Below, one piece after another: positions 49,094-58,299 of a stretch of DNA of 64,000 bases (within the stretch, counting starts at the first letter, position 1; each line of letters begins with the position of its first letter). The notes beneath the pieces are model-generated. The model saw only the letters and a program-made list of their open reading frames with translations, was not told the DNA's origin and did no database searches. The position numbers were made by a program, and so were the translations under genes. The DNA is from an uncultured Chloroflexota bacterium. Its GTDB lineage: Bacteria; Chloroflexota; Limnocylindria; Limnocylindrales; CSP1-4. Where the stretch lies: positions 25,790 to 89,789 of the forward strand of contig CAIJPD010000006.1 in NCBI GenBank assembly GCA_903822495.1. The letters are read 5' to 3'.

Positions 49094-49699
49094 ATGCGTG
49101 ACACAGTTGATGTGCCGGACCACGAGGCGCTCTTCGTGGTGGCCAGCAACCAGGCGGGCTGCTTCACCGCTGCCCAGGCGGCCGCACAGCGCTTCAGTTC
49201 GGCGCTGCTCAGCCATCATGTGCGCTCGCGCAGGTTCGTCCGCCTCAGCCAGGGCCTCTACCGGTTCCAGGACTACCCGGTCCGGCCCGGCGACGAGATC
49301 GTCGCGGCATGGCTCCGGCAGGCGCCAGATGCGGTCGTCTCCCACGAGTCCGCGCTCCAGGTCCTCGATCTTGGCGACGTCATCACGGACCGGGTGCACC
49401 TCACGGTGCCACGGAGCCGCCGTCGCCTCGTGTCCCAGGACGGCGTGGTCATCCACACGACCACCCACCACCTCGGGCCAGGGGACGTCGTCACGCGGCG
49501 CGGCATGCGGGTAACCGCGCCCGCCCGCACGATCGCCGACGTGGCGGCTGCCGGCGTCGCGCCCGACCACGTCACGGCGGCGGCGCTTGCCGCCATCGCG
49601 CGCGGGATGACGACGCCCTCGCTCCTCCGCGAGGCCGCAGCCATCCGCGGGCAGCGGGTCGGGCGGCTGATCGCGGCCGCACTGTCGGGTGTCGTGTGA
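49094..49699 (+). CDS. abiEi: AbiEi-family type IV antitoxin / transcriptional regulator (N-terminal wHTH)
   Basis: AbiEi_4-like N-terminus (...AGCFTAAQAAAQRFSSALLSHHVRSRRFVRLSQGLYRF). Confidence 0.75.
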   Translation: MRDTVDVPDHEALFVVASNQAGCFTAAQAAAQRFSSALLSHHVRSRRFVRLSQGLYRFQDYPVRPGDEIVAAWLRQAPDAVVSHESALQVLDLGDVITDRVHLTVPRSRRRLVSQDGVVIHTTTHHLGPGDVVTRRGMRVTAPARTIADVAAAGVAPDHVTAAALAAIARGMTTPSLLREAAAIRGQRVGRLIAAALSGVV

Positions 49700-50073
49700 T
49701 GCGCTATGCCTCCGCGCCGCCCTTCCGCCAGGCGCTCGAGGCGCGGCTCGGTGCCGCCAGCCGTGCCGGCGGCCCGTCGCTGGCCCGGCTCCGCAAGGAG
49801 GTCGCCTTCGACCGGTTGCCCGCCCGCCTCGTGGCGGTGGCCCCGGACCGCTGGATCCTCAAGGGCGCCCTCGCGATCGACTACCGGTTCGGCCACCGTG
49901 CGCGGGCCACCAGGGACGTCGACCTCGCGACGGGCGGTGATGAGGCCTCCGCGACCGCCGACCTGCTCGCCGTCCAGGCTATGGACCCCGGCGACTTCTT
50001 CAGCTTCGCCATCGAGCGCGCGGGGCCCGCGGGAGGGTCATGGAATCCTGCGACCCGGAGCTGGCGGCCGTGA
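49699..50073 (+). CDS. abiEii: AbiEii/AbiGii-family nucleotidyltransferase toxin, N-terminal ~124 aa only (truncated or frameshifted)
   Basis: ATG overlaps the abiEi stop. NTase motifs (LKGALAI, RATRDVDLATGG). It stops well short of the ~250-300 aa family length. An overlapping +2-frame ORF continues. Confidence 0.55.
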   Translation: MRYASAPPFRQALEARLGAASRAGGPSLARLRKEVAFDRLPARLVAVAPDRWILKGALAIDYRFGHRARATRDVDLATGGDEASATADLLAVQAMDPGDFFSFAIERAGPAGGSWNPATRSWRP

Positions 50074-51416
50074 GCGCCGAACGTGTCGACGCGGTGATCG
50101 CGGCGGTAGGCCGGCACGACGAGGCGCTGGCGCGCCGGATGCGGGTGGCCGCCGACGGCCTGACCAAGGACGAAGGCGAGGAGTGCATCACGCAGGCGGG
50201 CCTCCAGCAGTACCTCTGGTACGACCTGGCGCAGCGTTCTCCTGCGCAACTGTGGCGGCCGGTCGCCGAGGCGGCGGCGGTGCTCCTCTCGCTCCTCGGC
50301 CTGGACCGGTACGCGGCGATCGCCCGGTCGGCCACGACCGCAAGGGTCCTCGGGGCGTGGGACGAGGCGCCCGGGAAGGGGTTCACCGCGTTCCAGGCCG
50401 CCAACAGCGCGTCTGGCGTCGAGCCGCCCGACACCGGGCTCCTGGCATGGGGCGAGGTCTTCGGGCTGGAGGAGGCCCTGGCCCGCGGCGCGGTCGAGGC
50501 GGCGCTGGAGGAGGCGATCGTGGCGGGGAGGCTCCGGCCCGGCAGGGGCTCGTGGCGGAAGGTCGCTGCCGCGATCTGCGATGAGGTCCTCATGGCTCTC
50601 GTCGGTGACCGGGGGGCGACCCGTGCGGCCTCGGTCCTCGGCGAGCGGGCCGACACGTGGGTCGCGCGGGGCCGTCCCGCGTCCCTGCGTGACTGGCGAG
50701 AGTCGGCGCGCGCGGCCATGGACCTCCTCGAGCCCGTGAGCGTGGACACCGATGACGCAGCCGTGTCCACTGCTCCGATGCGCTGGCTGCTGGAGCGGTG
50801 CCGTGAGGGTGTGCCGCTCACGAAGGCGGGCTACCTGCCGCCGGCGCTGGTGCAGGAGGCGGCTGAGCGGTTCGGCTGGTGGCCGTTCGAAGGACGGCCA
50901 CGGAGCGAAGCCGATGTCCACCAACTGGGCGTCCTCCGTGACACCGCCCGCCGGCTGCACCTCCTCGGGCCACGCGCTCGGCGGCTCACGACGTCACGGC
51001 GTGGCTTGCTGGTGGCCGAGGATCCTGCCGCGCTCTTCCGTGATGTCTCGACGACGCTCGCGTGCGAGAACGAGTACCTCGCGATGCTCAGCGAGATCGT
51101 CGCCCACCGGCTGCTGGCTGGTCCAGCCGTCGCCCAGTCGCTCGAGCAGGCGGTCGGTCCGGTCATCACGGCGCAGGGCTGGATGACCGGCGGCGATTTG
51201 GTCAGCGAACAGCGGGCCGGCTGGGCTGCCCACCGTGCGCTCTACCACTGGCGCCTGTTCGGCCTCCTGGACGAGAAGCGCCCGCCGCGCGAGGACTGGC
51301 AGCATGCCGATCTATCCGTCACGGCCTTGACGCCGGCCGGCCGGGCCGCGGCGCTCACCTTCCTGCGGGCTCGAGCGATCAGCCCGGGTCGGAGGTCGGA
51401 TTTCGGGCGTGGGTAG
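50040..51416 (+). CDS. hypothetical protein, 458 aa, helical, no recognisable domain (possible fused or partner module of the AbiE toxin)
   Basis: Long ORF with strong GC3 bias. Overlaps the end of the truncated abiEii in another frame. Confidence 0.5.
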   Translation: MESCDPELAAVSAERVDAVIAAVGRHDEALARRMRVAADGLTKDEGEECITQAGLQQYLWYDLAQRSPAQLWRPVAEAAAVLLSLLGLDRYAAIARSATTARVLGAWDEAPGKGFTAFQAANSASGVEPPDTGLLAWGEVFGLEEALARGAVEAALEEAIVAGRLRPGRGSWRKVAAAICDEVLMALVGDRGATRAASVLGERADTWVARGRPASLRDWRESARAAMDLLEPVSVDTDDAAVSTAPMRWLLERCREGVPLTKAGYLPPALVQEAAERFGWWPFEGRPRSEADVHQLGVLRDTARRLHLLGPRARRLTTSRRGLLVAEDPAALFRDVSTTLACENEYLAMLSEIVAHRLLAGPAVAQSLEQAVGPVITAQGWMTGGDLVSEQRAGWAAHRALYHWRLFGLLDEKRPPREDWQHADLSVTALTPAGRAAALTFLRARAISPGRRSDFGRG

Positions 51417-51493
51417 TCGTCGGCGAGGCAGCCCCGGGTAGTCCGTCGCGGTCCAGTCCCTTGGGCGGTGCGGTGTGGTACGGGCGGGATCTA

Positions 51494-51522
51494 TTGCGCG
51501 ATCGGGAGGCAGGCCGTAGACT
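51494..51522 (+). promoter_or_regulatory. candidate promoter TTGCGC-17nt-TAGACT for the ilvBNC leader transcript
   Basis: Hexamers read directly at 51494-51499 and 51517-51522. Confidence 0.35.
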
Positions 51523-51576
51523 GCCGCCACCGGCGCCAGAGGCGTCGTCTGGTGCAGCCTTGGAGGCACACGCTCC

Positions 51577-51792
51577 GTGGGTCTGTTCAACAACCGGGAT
51601 CGCCGCCCCATCGCCGTCGTCGTCACGACGGACGGTCGGCGCGTGCACATGCCGGTGGACACCTCCGGGGACTTCGAGGTAGCCCTCCTCTCCCTTATTC
51701 GCTCGCTCCTGCTCGGTCTTGAGGACCTTGGTGGCCTCATTACCGGCTCCCGGCGGGGGAACGGAGGATCACGGAGGATCGGGCGCCGCTAG
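51577..51792 (+). promoter_or_regulatory. candidate ilv leader peptide ORF rich in Ile/Val/Leu/Thr codons (…IAVVVTT… ALLSLIRSLLLGL…)
   Basis: The ORF ends 27 nt before the terminator hairpin. Alternative internal start at ATG codon 25. Confidence 0.4.
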
Positions 51793-51818
51793 CGCACTGA
51801 GACACCGAGGACCGAAGG

Positions 51819-51853
51819 GACCCTCGCCGGGAGGCGAGGGTCTTGTTGTATGT
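51819..51853 (+). terminator. attenuator/intrinsic terminator: 10-bp stem GACCCTCGCC / GGCGAGGGTC, GGGA loop, then TTGTTGTATGT
   Basis: Read directly, about 55 nt upstream of the ilvB start codon. Confidence 0.6.
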
Positions 51854-51906
51854 CCGGGCCGGATCCAGCGGGGACGGCCGGTCCGGGGCCACGGAGGGCC
51901 AGCACG

Positions 51907-53859
51907 ATGACGATCACGAAGGGCGGCGCCGACGGGCGTCGCGGCCAAGGCGGAGGCGCCGCCTCCGCCGGGGAGCCTGGCTCGGCGCCGGCGGCACCGG
52001 CGCGCGGGACGGAGCGGCACAGCCACGTGCCCGGGGCCGGGACGGCCCGCGCCGTCGCCATCGAACGCGCCCAGCGCGAGATGCTCCGTGACGGATCGTC
52101 CGCCGCCACCGCCGCCGCGGGCCGGGTCGCCGGCAAGCGGACACGGATCGGCGCCGACGTCGTGTGCGAGTCCCTGATCCGCCAGGGCGTCCACACGTTC
52201 TTCAGCTACCCGGGTGGCGTGATCCTGCCCTTCTACGACGTGCTGGGCGACTACCCCGAGCTCCGGCACATCCTGGTCCGCCACGAGCAGGGCGGCGCGC
52301 ACGCGGCCGACGGCTACGCGCGCGTCACCGGCCAGGTGGGCGTGTGCATGGGCACCTCCGGTCCGGGCGCCACCAACCTCGTGACCGGCATCGGCACCGC
52401 GCAGCTCGACTCCATCCCCATGGTCGCCATCACCGGCAACGTCCCGGGCGCGCTCCTGGGCAAGGACGCGTTCCAGGAGATCGACATCAACGGCATCACC
52501 CTGCCGATGACCAAGCACAACTACCTGGTCCGCGACGCCAACGACCTGCCGCGGGTCCTGGCCGAGGCGTTCCACATCGCGCGGACGGGCCGCCCCGGGC
52601 CGGTCCACGTCGACATCACCAAGGACGCCCTGCAGCAGGAGACCAGCGCACCGCACCCCTCGCACGAGGAGGTGGTCGCCGGCCTGCCGGGGTTCAAGCC
52701 CAACCTGGACGGCCACTACCGCCAGCTGAAGCTGGCCGCCCAGGAGATCGCCCAGGCCAGGCGCCCGGTGATCATGGCGGGCCACGGCGTGCTGCATGCC
52801 GGCGCCGAGCAGGAGCTGCTGGCCCTGGCCGAGAAGGCCCAGATCCCGGTGGCGTGGTCCCTGCTGGGCATCGGCGCCATGGACGAGACCCACCCCCTGG
52901 CCTACGGCTACATGGGGATGCACGGCTGGAAGCACACCAACCGGGCCATCCAGTCGGCGGACCTGCTGATCGCCCTGGGCATGCGCTTCGATGATCGCGT
53001 GACCGGCAACGTGAAGACGTATGCGCCGTATGCCCGGATCATCCACGTGGACATCGACCCGGCCGAGATCGGCAAGAACGTCGCGGTGGAGGTGCCCATC
53101 GTCGGTGACGCCCGGCGCGTGCTGGAGGCGCTGCTGCCGATGGTCCCGGCCGTGGACACCCAGGAGCGCCGCGACTACCTGGCCCAGCTGGCCGGCTGGC
53201 GGAAGGAGTCAGAGGCCAGCTCGTGGCATGGCTCCGGCGCCTGGCGCGACGGGCTCCTGTCGGCGGACTACGTCGTCGCGCGGATCGGCGAGCTGACCAA
53301 CCACGACGCCACCTACGTCGCCGACGTGGGCCAGAACCAGATGTGGCTGGCCCGCTATGCCGGCTTCCGGCACCCCAACACGCACGTCAGCTCCGGGGGC
53401 CTGGGCACCATGGGCTTCAGCCTCCCGGCCGCGATGGGTGCCGCGCTGGGCCGGCCCGACCGGGAGACCTGGGCGATCGCCGGCGACGGCGGCTTCCAGA
53501 TGACCAGCCAGGAGCTCATGACGCTTGTCCAGGACCGCATCCCGGTCAAGCTCGCCATCTTCGACAACAAGAAGCTGGGCATGATCCGGCAGTGGCAGGA
53601 GATCGTGTACGGCGGGAACTATCACTCCGCGCAGCTGATGGGGCCGGACTACCTGAAGCTGGCCGATGCCTACGGGGTCCCGGCCATCAAGGCCACCACC
53701 CCCGACGAGGTCGACGAGGCCATCCGCTTCGCCCAGTCGGTGGACGGGCCTGCCCTCATCTGGTTCGAGATCACGGGGGAGCAGAATGTCTTCCCGATGA
53801 TGCCGGCGGGCAAGGGCCTGTCCGACCTGATCGAGACCTGGGGAGGGCCCGAGGAATGA
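51907..53859 (+). CDS. ilvB: acetolactate synthase large subunit
   Basis: ATG after GGAGGG. The three TPP-enzyme domains. The GDG...N motif. Confidence 0.9.
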   Translation: MTITKGGADGRRGQGGGAASAGEPGSAPAAPARGTERHSHVPGAGTARAVAIERAQREMLRDGSSAATAAAGRVAGKRTRIGADVVCESLIRQGVHTFFSYPGGVILPFYDVLGDYPELRHILVRHEQGGAHAADGYARVTGQVGVCMGTSGPGATNLVTGIGTAQLDSIPMVAITGNVPGALLGKDAFQEIDINGITLPMTKHNYLVRDANDLPRVLAEAFHIARTGRPGPVHVDITKDALQQETSAPHPSHEEVVAGLPGFKPNLDGHYRQLKLAAQEIAQARRPVIMAGHGVLHAGAEQELLALAEKAQIPVAWSLLGIGAMDETHPLAYGYMGMHGWKHTNRAIQSADLLIALGMRFDDRVTGNVKTYAPYARIIHVDIDPAEIGKNVAVEVPIVGDARRVLEALLPMVPAVDTQERRDYLAQLAGWRKESEASSWHGSGAWRDGLLSADYVVARIGELTNHDATYVADVGQNQMWLARYAGFRHPNTHVSSGGLGTMGFSLPAAMGAALGRPDRETWAIAGDGGFQMTSQELMTLVQDRIPVKLAIFDNKKLGMIRQWQEIVYGGNYHSAQLMGPDYLKLADAYGVPAIKATTPDEVDEAIRFAQSVDGPALIWFEITGEQNVFPMMPAGKGLSDLIETWGGPEE

Positions 53860-54455
53860 GCAACGCCGCCAACGGGCACCTGCCGGGCACCCCGGCCGCC
53901 CCCAGCCACTCCGCCCCGCCCGATCGCTACGTCCCCGGCACGGGCGAGGTCCGGCGTCACCGCCTGATCGCGCTGGTCCTGGACCGTCCGGGCGTCCTCA
54001 ACCGCGTCGCCAGCCTGATGCGGGCACGCAGCTTCAACATCGACTCGCTGGCCGTCAGCCACACCGACCAGCCCGCCATCAGCCGCATGACCATCACGCT
54101 CCAGGGCGACGATGTCGCCGTGGAGCAGGCGGCCAAGCAGCTCTACCGCCTGATCGACGTGCTCAAGGTGCAGGATGTCACCGCAGAGCCCACGATTGAG
54201 AACGAGCTGGCCCTGATCAAGGTCCGGGCCACCGACACCACCCGGCCGGAGATTCTCAAGGTGGTGGAGCTCTCCCGCGGACGGGTGGTGGACCTCACCC
54301 CCGAGTCCGTGGTCATCGAGGTCACGGGAAGCGAGGCCGAGATCGACGGCTTCGTCGCGATGCTTCGAACGTATGGAATCAAGGAGCTGGTACGCACCGG
54401 CGCGGTCGTCATGAGCCGCGGCTCGGGCTCTATCGAGGAGGCGCTCAAACGATGA
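53856..54455 (+). CDS. ilvN: acetolactate synthase small (regulatory) subunit
   Basis: ACT domain ([33 protein letters not shown]). ATGA overlap with ilvB. Confidence 0.9.
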   Translation: MSNAANGHLPGTPAAPSHSAPPDRYVPGTGEVRRHRLIALVLDRPGVLNRVASLMRARSFNIDSLAVSHTDQPAISRMTITLQGDDVAVEQAAKQLYRLIDVLKVQDVTAEPTIENELALIKVRATDTTRPEILKVVELSRGRVVDLTPESVVIEVTGSEAEIDGFVAMLRTYGIKELVRTGAVVMSRGSGSIEEALKR

Positions 54456-55501
54456 CTGCACGCATGTACTACGACAACGATGCCGATCCCCGCGCCCTGG
54501 CCGGCCAGACGGTCGCGATCATCGGGTACGGCAGCCAGGGCCACGCCCATGCCCTGAACCTCCATGAGTCGGGGGTCAACGTCGTCGTCGGGCTTGCGGC
54601 GGGCTCCAAGAGCCGCGCCATCGCGGCCGAGGCCGGCCTCCGGGTCATGGATGTGGCGGATGCGGTCAAGGCCGCGGATGCGGTCATGATCCTGGTCCCC
54701 GACACCGCCCAGAAGGCGGTCTACGACGCCGAGGTCGGGCCCAACCTGAAGCCCGGTGCGCTCCTGCTCTTCGCCCACGGCTTCAACATCCATTTCGGCC
54801 GGATCGACCCCGCCCCCGGCATCGACGTGGGGATGGTCGCGCCCAAGGGCCCGGGCCATCTCGTCCGGACCGTCTTCCAGGCCGGCGGCGGTGTCCCCGC
54901 GCTCTTCGCGGTCCATCGTGACGCGACCGGCACGGCTCGCGCCCGGACCCTGGCCTACGCCCGCGCCATCGGCGGCACCCGGGCCGGCGTCCTGGAGACC
55001 ACCTTCAAGGAAGAGACCGAGACCGACCTGTTCGGCGAGCAGTCCGTCCTGTGCGGCGGCACCTCGGCGCTGGTCAAGATGGCCTTCGAGACCCTCGTCG
55101 AGGCCGGCTACCAGCCGGAGCTGGCGTATTTCGAGACCATGCACGAGCTGAAGCTGATCGTGGACCTCATGTACCGCGGCGGCCTCAACTTCATGCGCTT
55201 CAGCGTCTCCGACACCGCCGAGTGGGGCGACTACGTCAGCGGCCCGCGGATCATCAACGAGAGCACCCGCGGCATCATGCGCCAGGTCCTCCACGAGATC
55301 CAGGACGGGACATTCGCCAACGCCTGGATCGAGGAGAACGAGACCGGCCGCCACGAGTTCGAGCGGCTCCGTGCCCAGGATCGCGATCACCAGATTGAGC
55401 AGGTCGGCGCCGACCTCCGCGCGCAGATGGCATTCCTGAACCCGGTCGTGGTCACCGCCGGCCAGGCCCAGGCCGCCGCCGGCAAGCCCGGAGCGCACTG
55501 A
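54452..55501 (+). CDS. ilvC: ketol-acid reductoisomerase
   Basis: [13 protein letters not shown] Rossmann motif. Class I KARI, 349 aa. Confidence 0.9.
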   Translation: MTARMYYDNDADPRALAGQTVAIIGYGSQGHAHALNLHESGVNVVVGLAAGSKSRAIAAEAGLRVMDVADAVKAADAVMILVPDTAQKAVYDAEVGPNLKPGALLLFAHGFNIHFGRIDPAPGIDVGMVAPKGPGHLVRTVFQAGGGVPALFAVHRDATGTARARTLAYARAIGGTRAGVLETTFKEETETDLFGEQSVLCGGTSALVKMAFETLVEAGYQPELAYFETMHELKLIVDLMYRGGLNFMRFSVSDTAEWGDYVSGPRIINESTRGIMRQVLHEIQDGTFANAWIEENETGRHEFERLRAQDRDHQIEQVGADLRAQMAFLNPVVVTAGQAQAAAGKPGAH

Positions 55502-57114
55502 TGCCGGGCGTACCGGCCGGCCACGTCCGGATCTTCGACACCACCCTCCGGGACGGGGAGCAGGCGCCCGGCGCCGGGCTGACCGCCGCGGAGAAGCTGG
55601 AGGTCGCGCGCCAGCTGGTGCGCCTCAAGGTCGACGTCATCGAGGCCGGCTTCCCTGCCGCCTCGGAGGGCGACTTCGAGGCCGTCCGCCGGATTGCGCT
55701 GGAGACCCGCGGCGGGATCGGCGTGGCAGCGCTGGCACGCTGCCGTGACGGCGACCCGCAGCGTGCGATCGAGGCGATCAAGGGCGCCGAGCGCCCGCAC
55801 CTCCACGTGTTCATCGCCACGTCGGACATCCACCTCAAGCACAAGCTGCGCATCGACCGCACCACGGCACTCAAGGAGGCGGTCAAGTGGGCGGCCTACG
55901 GCCGCAAGATGCTGGGCGCCGACGCCGAGATCGAGTTCTCCGCCGAGGACGCCTCGCGGACCGACATCGACTACCTGATGCAGGTCTACGAGGCCGTCGT
56001 GGAGGCAGGCGCCTCCACGATCAACATCCCGGACACCGTGGGCTATGCCATCCCGTCCGAGTTCGGGGCGCTGGTCCGGCGCGCCGTCGACCTGGTCGGC
56101 CGCGACGCCACCGTGTCGGTCCACTGCCACAACGACCTGGGCCTGGCCACGGCCAACACCCTGGCCGCCGTCCAGAACGGCGCCCGCCAGGTGGAGGTCA
56201 CCATCAACGGCCTGGGCGAGCGCGCCGGCAACGCGTCGCTGGAGGAGGTCGTCATGGCCCTCCGGACGCGCCCGACGCAGTTCCCGGACCTCGTCAGCCG
56301 GGTCCAGACGGAGCAGATCACCGCGGCCAGCCGCCTGGTCAGCTACCTGACCGGCTTCGCGGTCCAGCCCAACAAGGCCATCGTGGGCGCCAACGCGTTC
56401 GCGCACGAATCCGGGATCCACCAGGACGGCGTGATCAAGAACCCGCTGACCTACGAGATCATGACCCCGCAGTCGGTGGGCCTGACCGGCAGCCAGCTGA
56501 CCATCGGCAAGCTGTCCGGCCGGCGCGGCCTCCAGCAGAAGATGCGCGACCTGGGGCACGAGGTCACCGGGACCGCGCTCGACGACCTGTACACGGCCGC
56601 CATCGCCCTGGCCGATGCCAAGAAGGAGGTCACGGACGCGGACCTGCTCGCCCTCATCGAGCAGCGCGCCGCCGAGGTGCCCTCCTCGGTGGTCCTCTCG
56701 GGCTGGAACGTCACGTCCTCGCACGAGGGCAAGGCGGCCGGCTCCGTGTCGATCTCGGTCGAGGGCATCACGCGCTCGGCCGACGCGACCGGGAACGGCC
56801 CGGTCGATGCGCTCTTCCGGGCCGTCGATGACACGCTCCAGCCCGCCCTGGGCTGGCACCCGGTCCTGACCGAGTACGAGATCAAGGCCGTGTCCGCCGG
56901 CGAGGATGCCCAGGGCCAGGTCCTGGTCCGCTGCCGTCGCTCGTCCGACGAGGGCCCCGGCGCCCTCGTGGTCTCCGGGCACGGGCTGCACACCAACATC
57001 ATCGAGGCCTCCCTGGGGGCCTACCTGGTGGCGGTCAACAAGCTCCACGGTGCCGAGATCAACGGTGTCTCGGCCGGGTTCGTGAGCCCGCGCGCCGCCG
57101 AGGACCTCCCGTGA
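55501..57114 (+). CDS. leuA: 2-isopropylmalate synthase
   Basis: DTTLRDGEQ and HxH motifs. LeuA_dimer C-terminal domain. Confidence 0.85.
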   Translation: MPGVPAGHVRIFDTTLRDGEQAPGAGLTAAEKLEVARQLVRLKVDVIEAGFPAASEGDFEAVRRIALETRGGIGVAALARCRDGDPQRAIEAIKGAERPHLHVFIATSDIHLKHKLRIDRTTALKEAVKWAAYGRKMLGADAEIEFSAEDASRTDIDYLMQVYEAVVEAGASTINIPDTVGYAIPSEFGALVRRAVDLVGRDATVSVHCHNDLGLATANTLAAVQNGARQVEVTINGLGERAGNASLEEVVMALRTRPTQFPDLVSRVQTEQITAASRLVSYLTGFAVQPNKAIVGANAFAHESGIHQDGVIKNPLTYEIMTPQSVGLTGSQLTIGKLSGRRGLQQKMRDLGHEVTGTALDDLYTAAIALADAKKEVTDADLLALIEQRAAEVPSSVVLSGWNVTSSHEGKAAGSVSISVEGITRSADATGNGPVDALFRAVDDTLQPALGWHPVLTEYEIKAVSAGEDAQGQVLVRCRRSSDEGPGALVVSGHGLHTNIIEASLGAYLVAVNKLHGAEINGVSAGFVSPRAAEDLP

Positions 57115-58265
57115 CGGCCGGCGCCACCTACCGCGTCGCCACGGTCCCCGGCGACGGCATCGGGCCGGAGGTCATCGCCGCCGGTCGGACGGCCCTCGAG
57201 GCCGTCGGCCGGGCGTTCGGGTTCGCGTTCGAGTGGACCGAGATCATCGCCGGCGGCAACGGCATCGACACCTGGGGCGTGGCCATCCGGCCCGAGGATG
57301 TCGAGGTGGCCCGCGGGTCGGACGCCATCTACCTGGGCGCCGTCGGCGGCCCCAAGTGGGACAACCCCAACGCGCCGGTCCGTCCCGAGCAGGCGCTCTT
57401 CGCCCTGCGCGGCGGCCTGGACCTGTTCGCCAACCTCCGCCCGGTCCGGGTCCACCCGGCCCTGGCCGCATCGTCGCCCGTCCGCCCCGAGCTCCTCGAG
57501 GGCGTGGACATGCTCATCGTCCGCGAGCTCACCTCGGGCCTCTACTTCGGCAAGCCGTCGGAGGAGCGGTCGTTCGAGGGCGGCCGCGCCGCCATCGACA
57601 CCCTGTGGTACACCGAGGCCCAGATCCGGCGCGTGGTTCGCCTGGCCTTCCAGCTGGCCCAGGGCCGCCGGAGCAACCTGGTCTCCGTGGACAAGGCCAA
57701 CGTCCTTGCCACCTCGCGCCTCTGGCGCAAGGTGGTGGAGGAGCTCCGGCCGGAGTTCGCGGGCGTCGAGGTGACCCATCAGCTGGTGGATTCGTGCGCG
57801 ATGTTCCTGGTCACCCGGCCCGCGTCGTTCGACGTCCTGGTCACCGAGAACATGTTCGGCGACATCCTGTCGGACGAGGCCAGCGTGCTGGCCGGATCGC
57901 TGGGGATGCTGCCCTCCGCCTCGCTGGGGGAGCGCCGCACGGCGCACGGCCTGCTGGGCCTGTACGAGCCCATCCACGGCTCCGCGCCCACCATCGCGGG
58001 GCAGGACAAGGCCAATCCCGTCGGCACGATCATGTCGGGCGCCATGCTCCTGCGCTGGTCGCTCGGCGAGGCGGCCGCGGCCGCCTCGCTGGAGGCGGCC
58101 GTCTCGGCCACGCTCAGCGACGGCTTCCGCACGCCGGACCTGATGCCGGCCGCCGGTGGCCCGGGGCTGACCGCGGTGGGAACCCGGGGAATGCTGGCGG
58201 CGATCGTGGACCGGATCGCGATTACGGGGGCGGCGCCGAGGACGGCAGCCGCCCAGGATCGCTGA
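57111..58265 (+). CDS. leuB: 3-isopropylmalate dehydrogenase
   Basis: Isocitrate/isopropylmalate dehydrogenase signature (NLFGDILSDEAS). Confidence 0.9.
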   Translation: MTAGATYRVATVPGDGIGPEVIAAGRTALEAVGRAFGFAFEWTEIIAGGNGIDTWGVAIRPEDVEVARGSDAIYLGAVGGPKWDNPNAPVRPEQALFALRGGLDLFANLRPVRVHPALAASSPVRPELLEGVDMLIVRELTSGLYFGKPSEERSFEGGRAAIDTLWYTEAQIRRVVRLAFQLAQGRRSNLVSVDKANVLATSRLWRKVVEELRPEFAGVEVTHQLVDSCAMFLVTRPASFDVLVTENMFGDILSDEASVLAGSLGMLPSASLGERRTAHGLLGLYEPIHGSAPTIAGQDKANPVGTIMSGAMLLRWSLGEAAAAASLEAAVSATLSDGFRTPDLMPAAGGPGLTAVGTRGMLAAIVDRIAITGAAPRTAAAQDR

Positions 58266-58299
58266 CCCGCCCGCGACCCACTCCCACGGAGCACCCGCC

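Noticed and set aside
48708-49514. Full 268-aa + strand ORF as an intact gene
   Set aside because: It has no start codon, being open from the vapC stop. Beyond 49094 it overlaps abiEi out of frame with Ser/Arg-rich filler. Only the 5' Rhs-like part is reported, as a pseudogene fragment.
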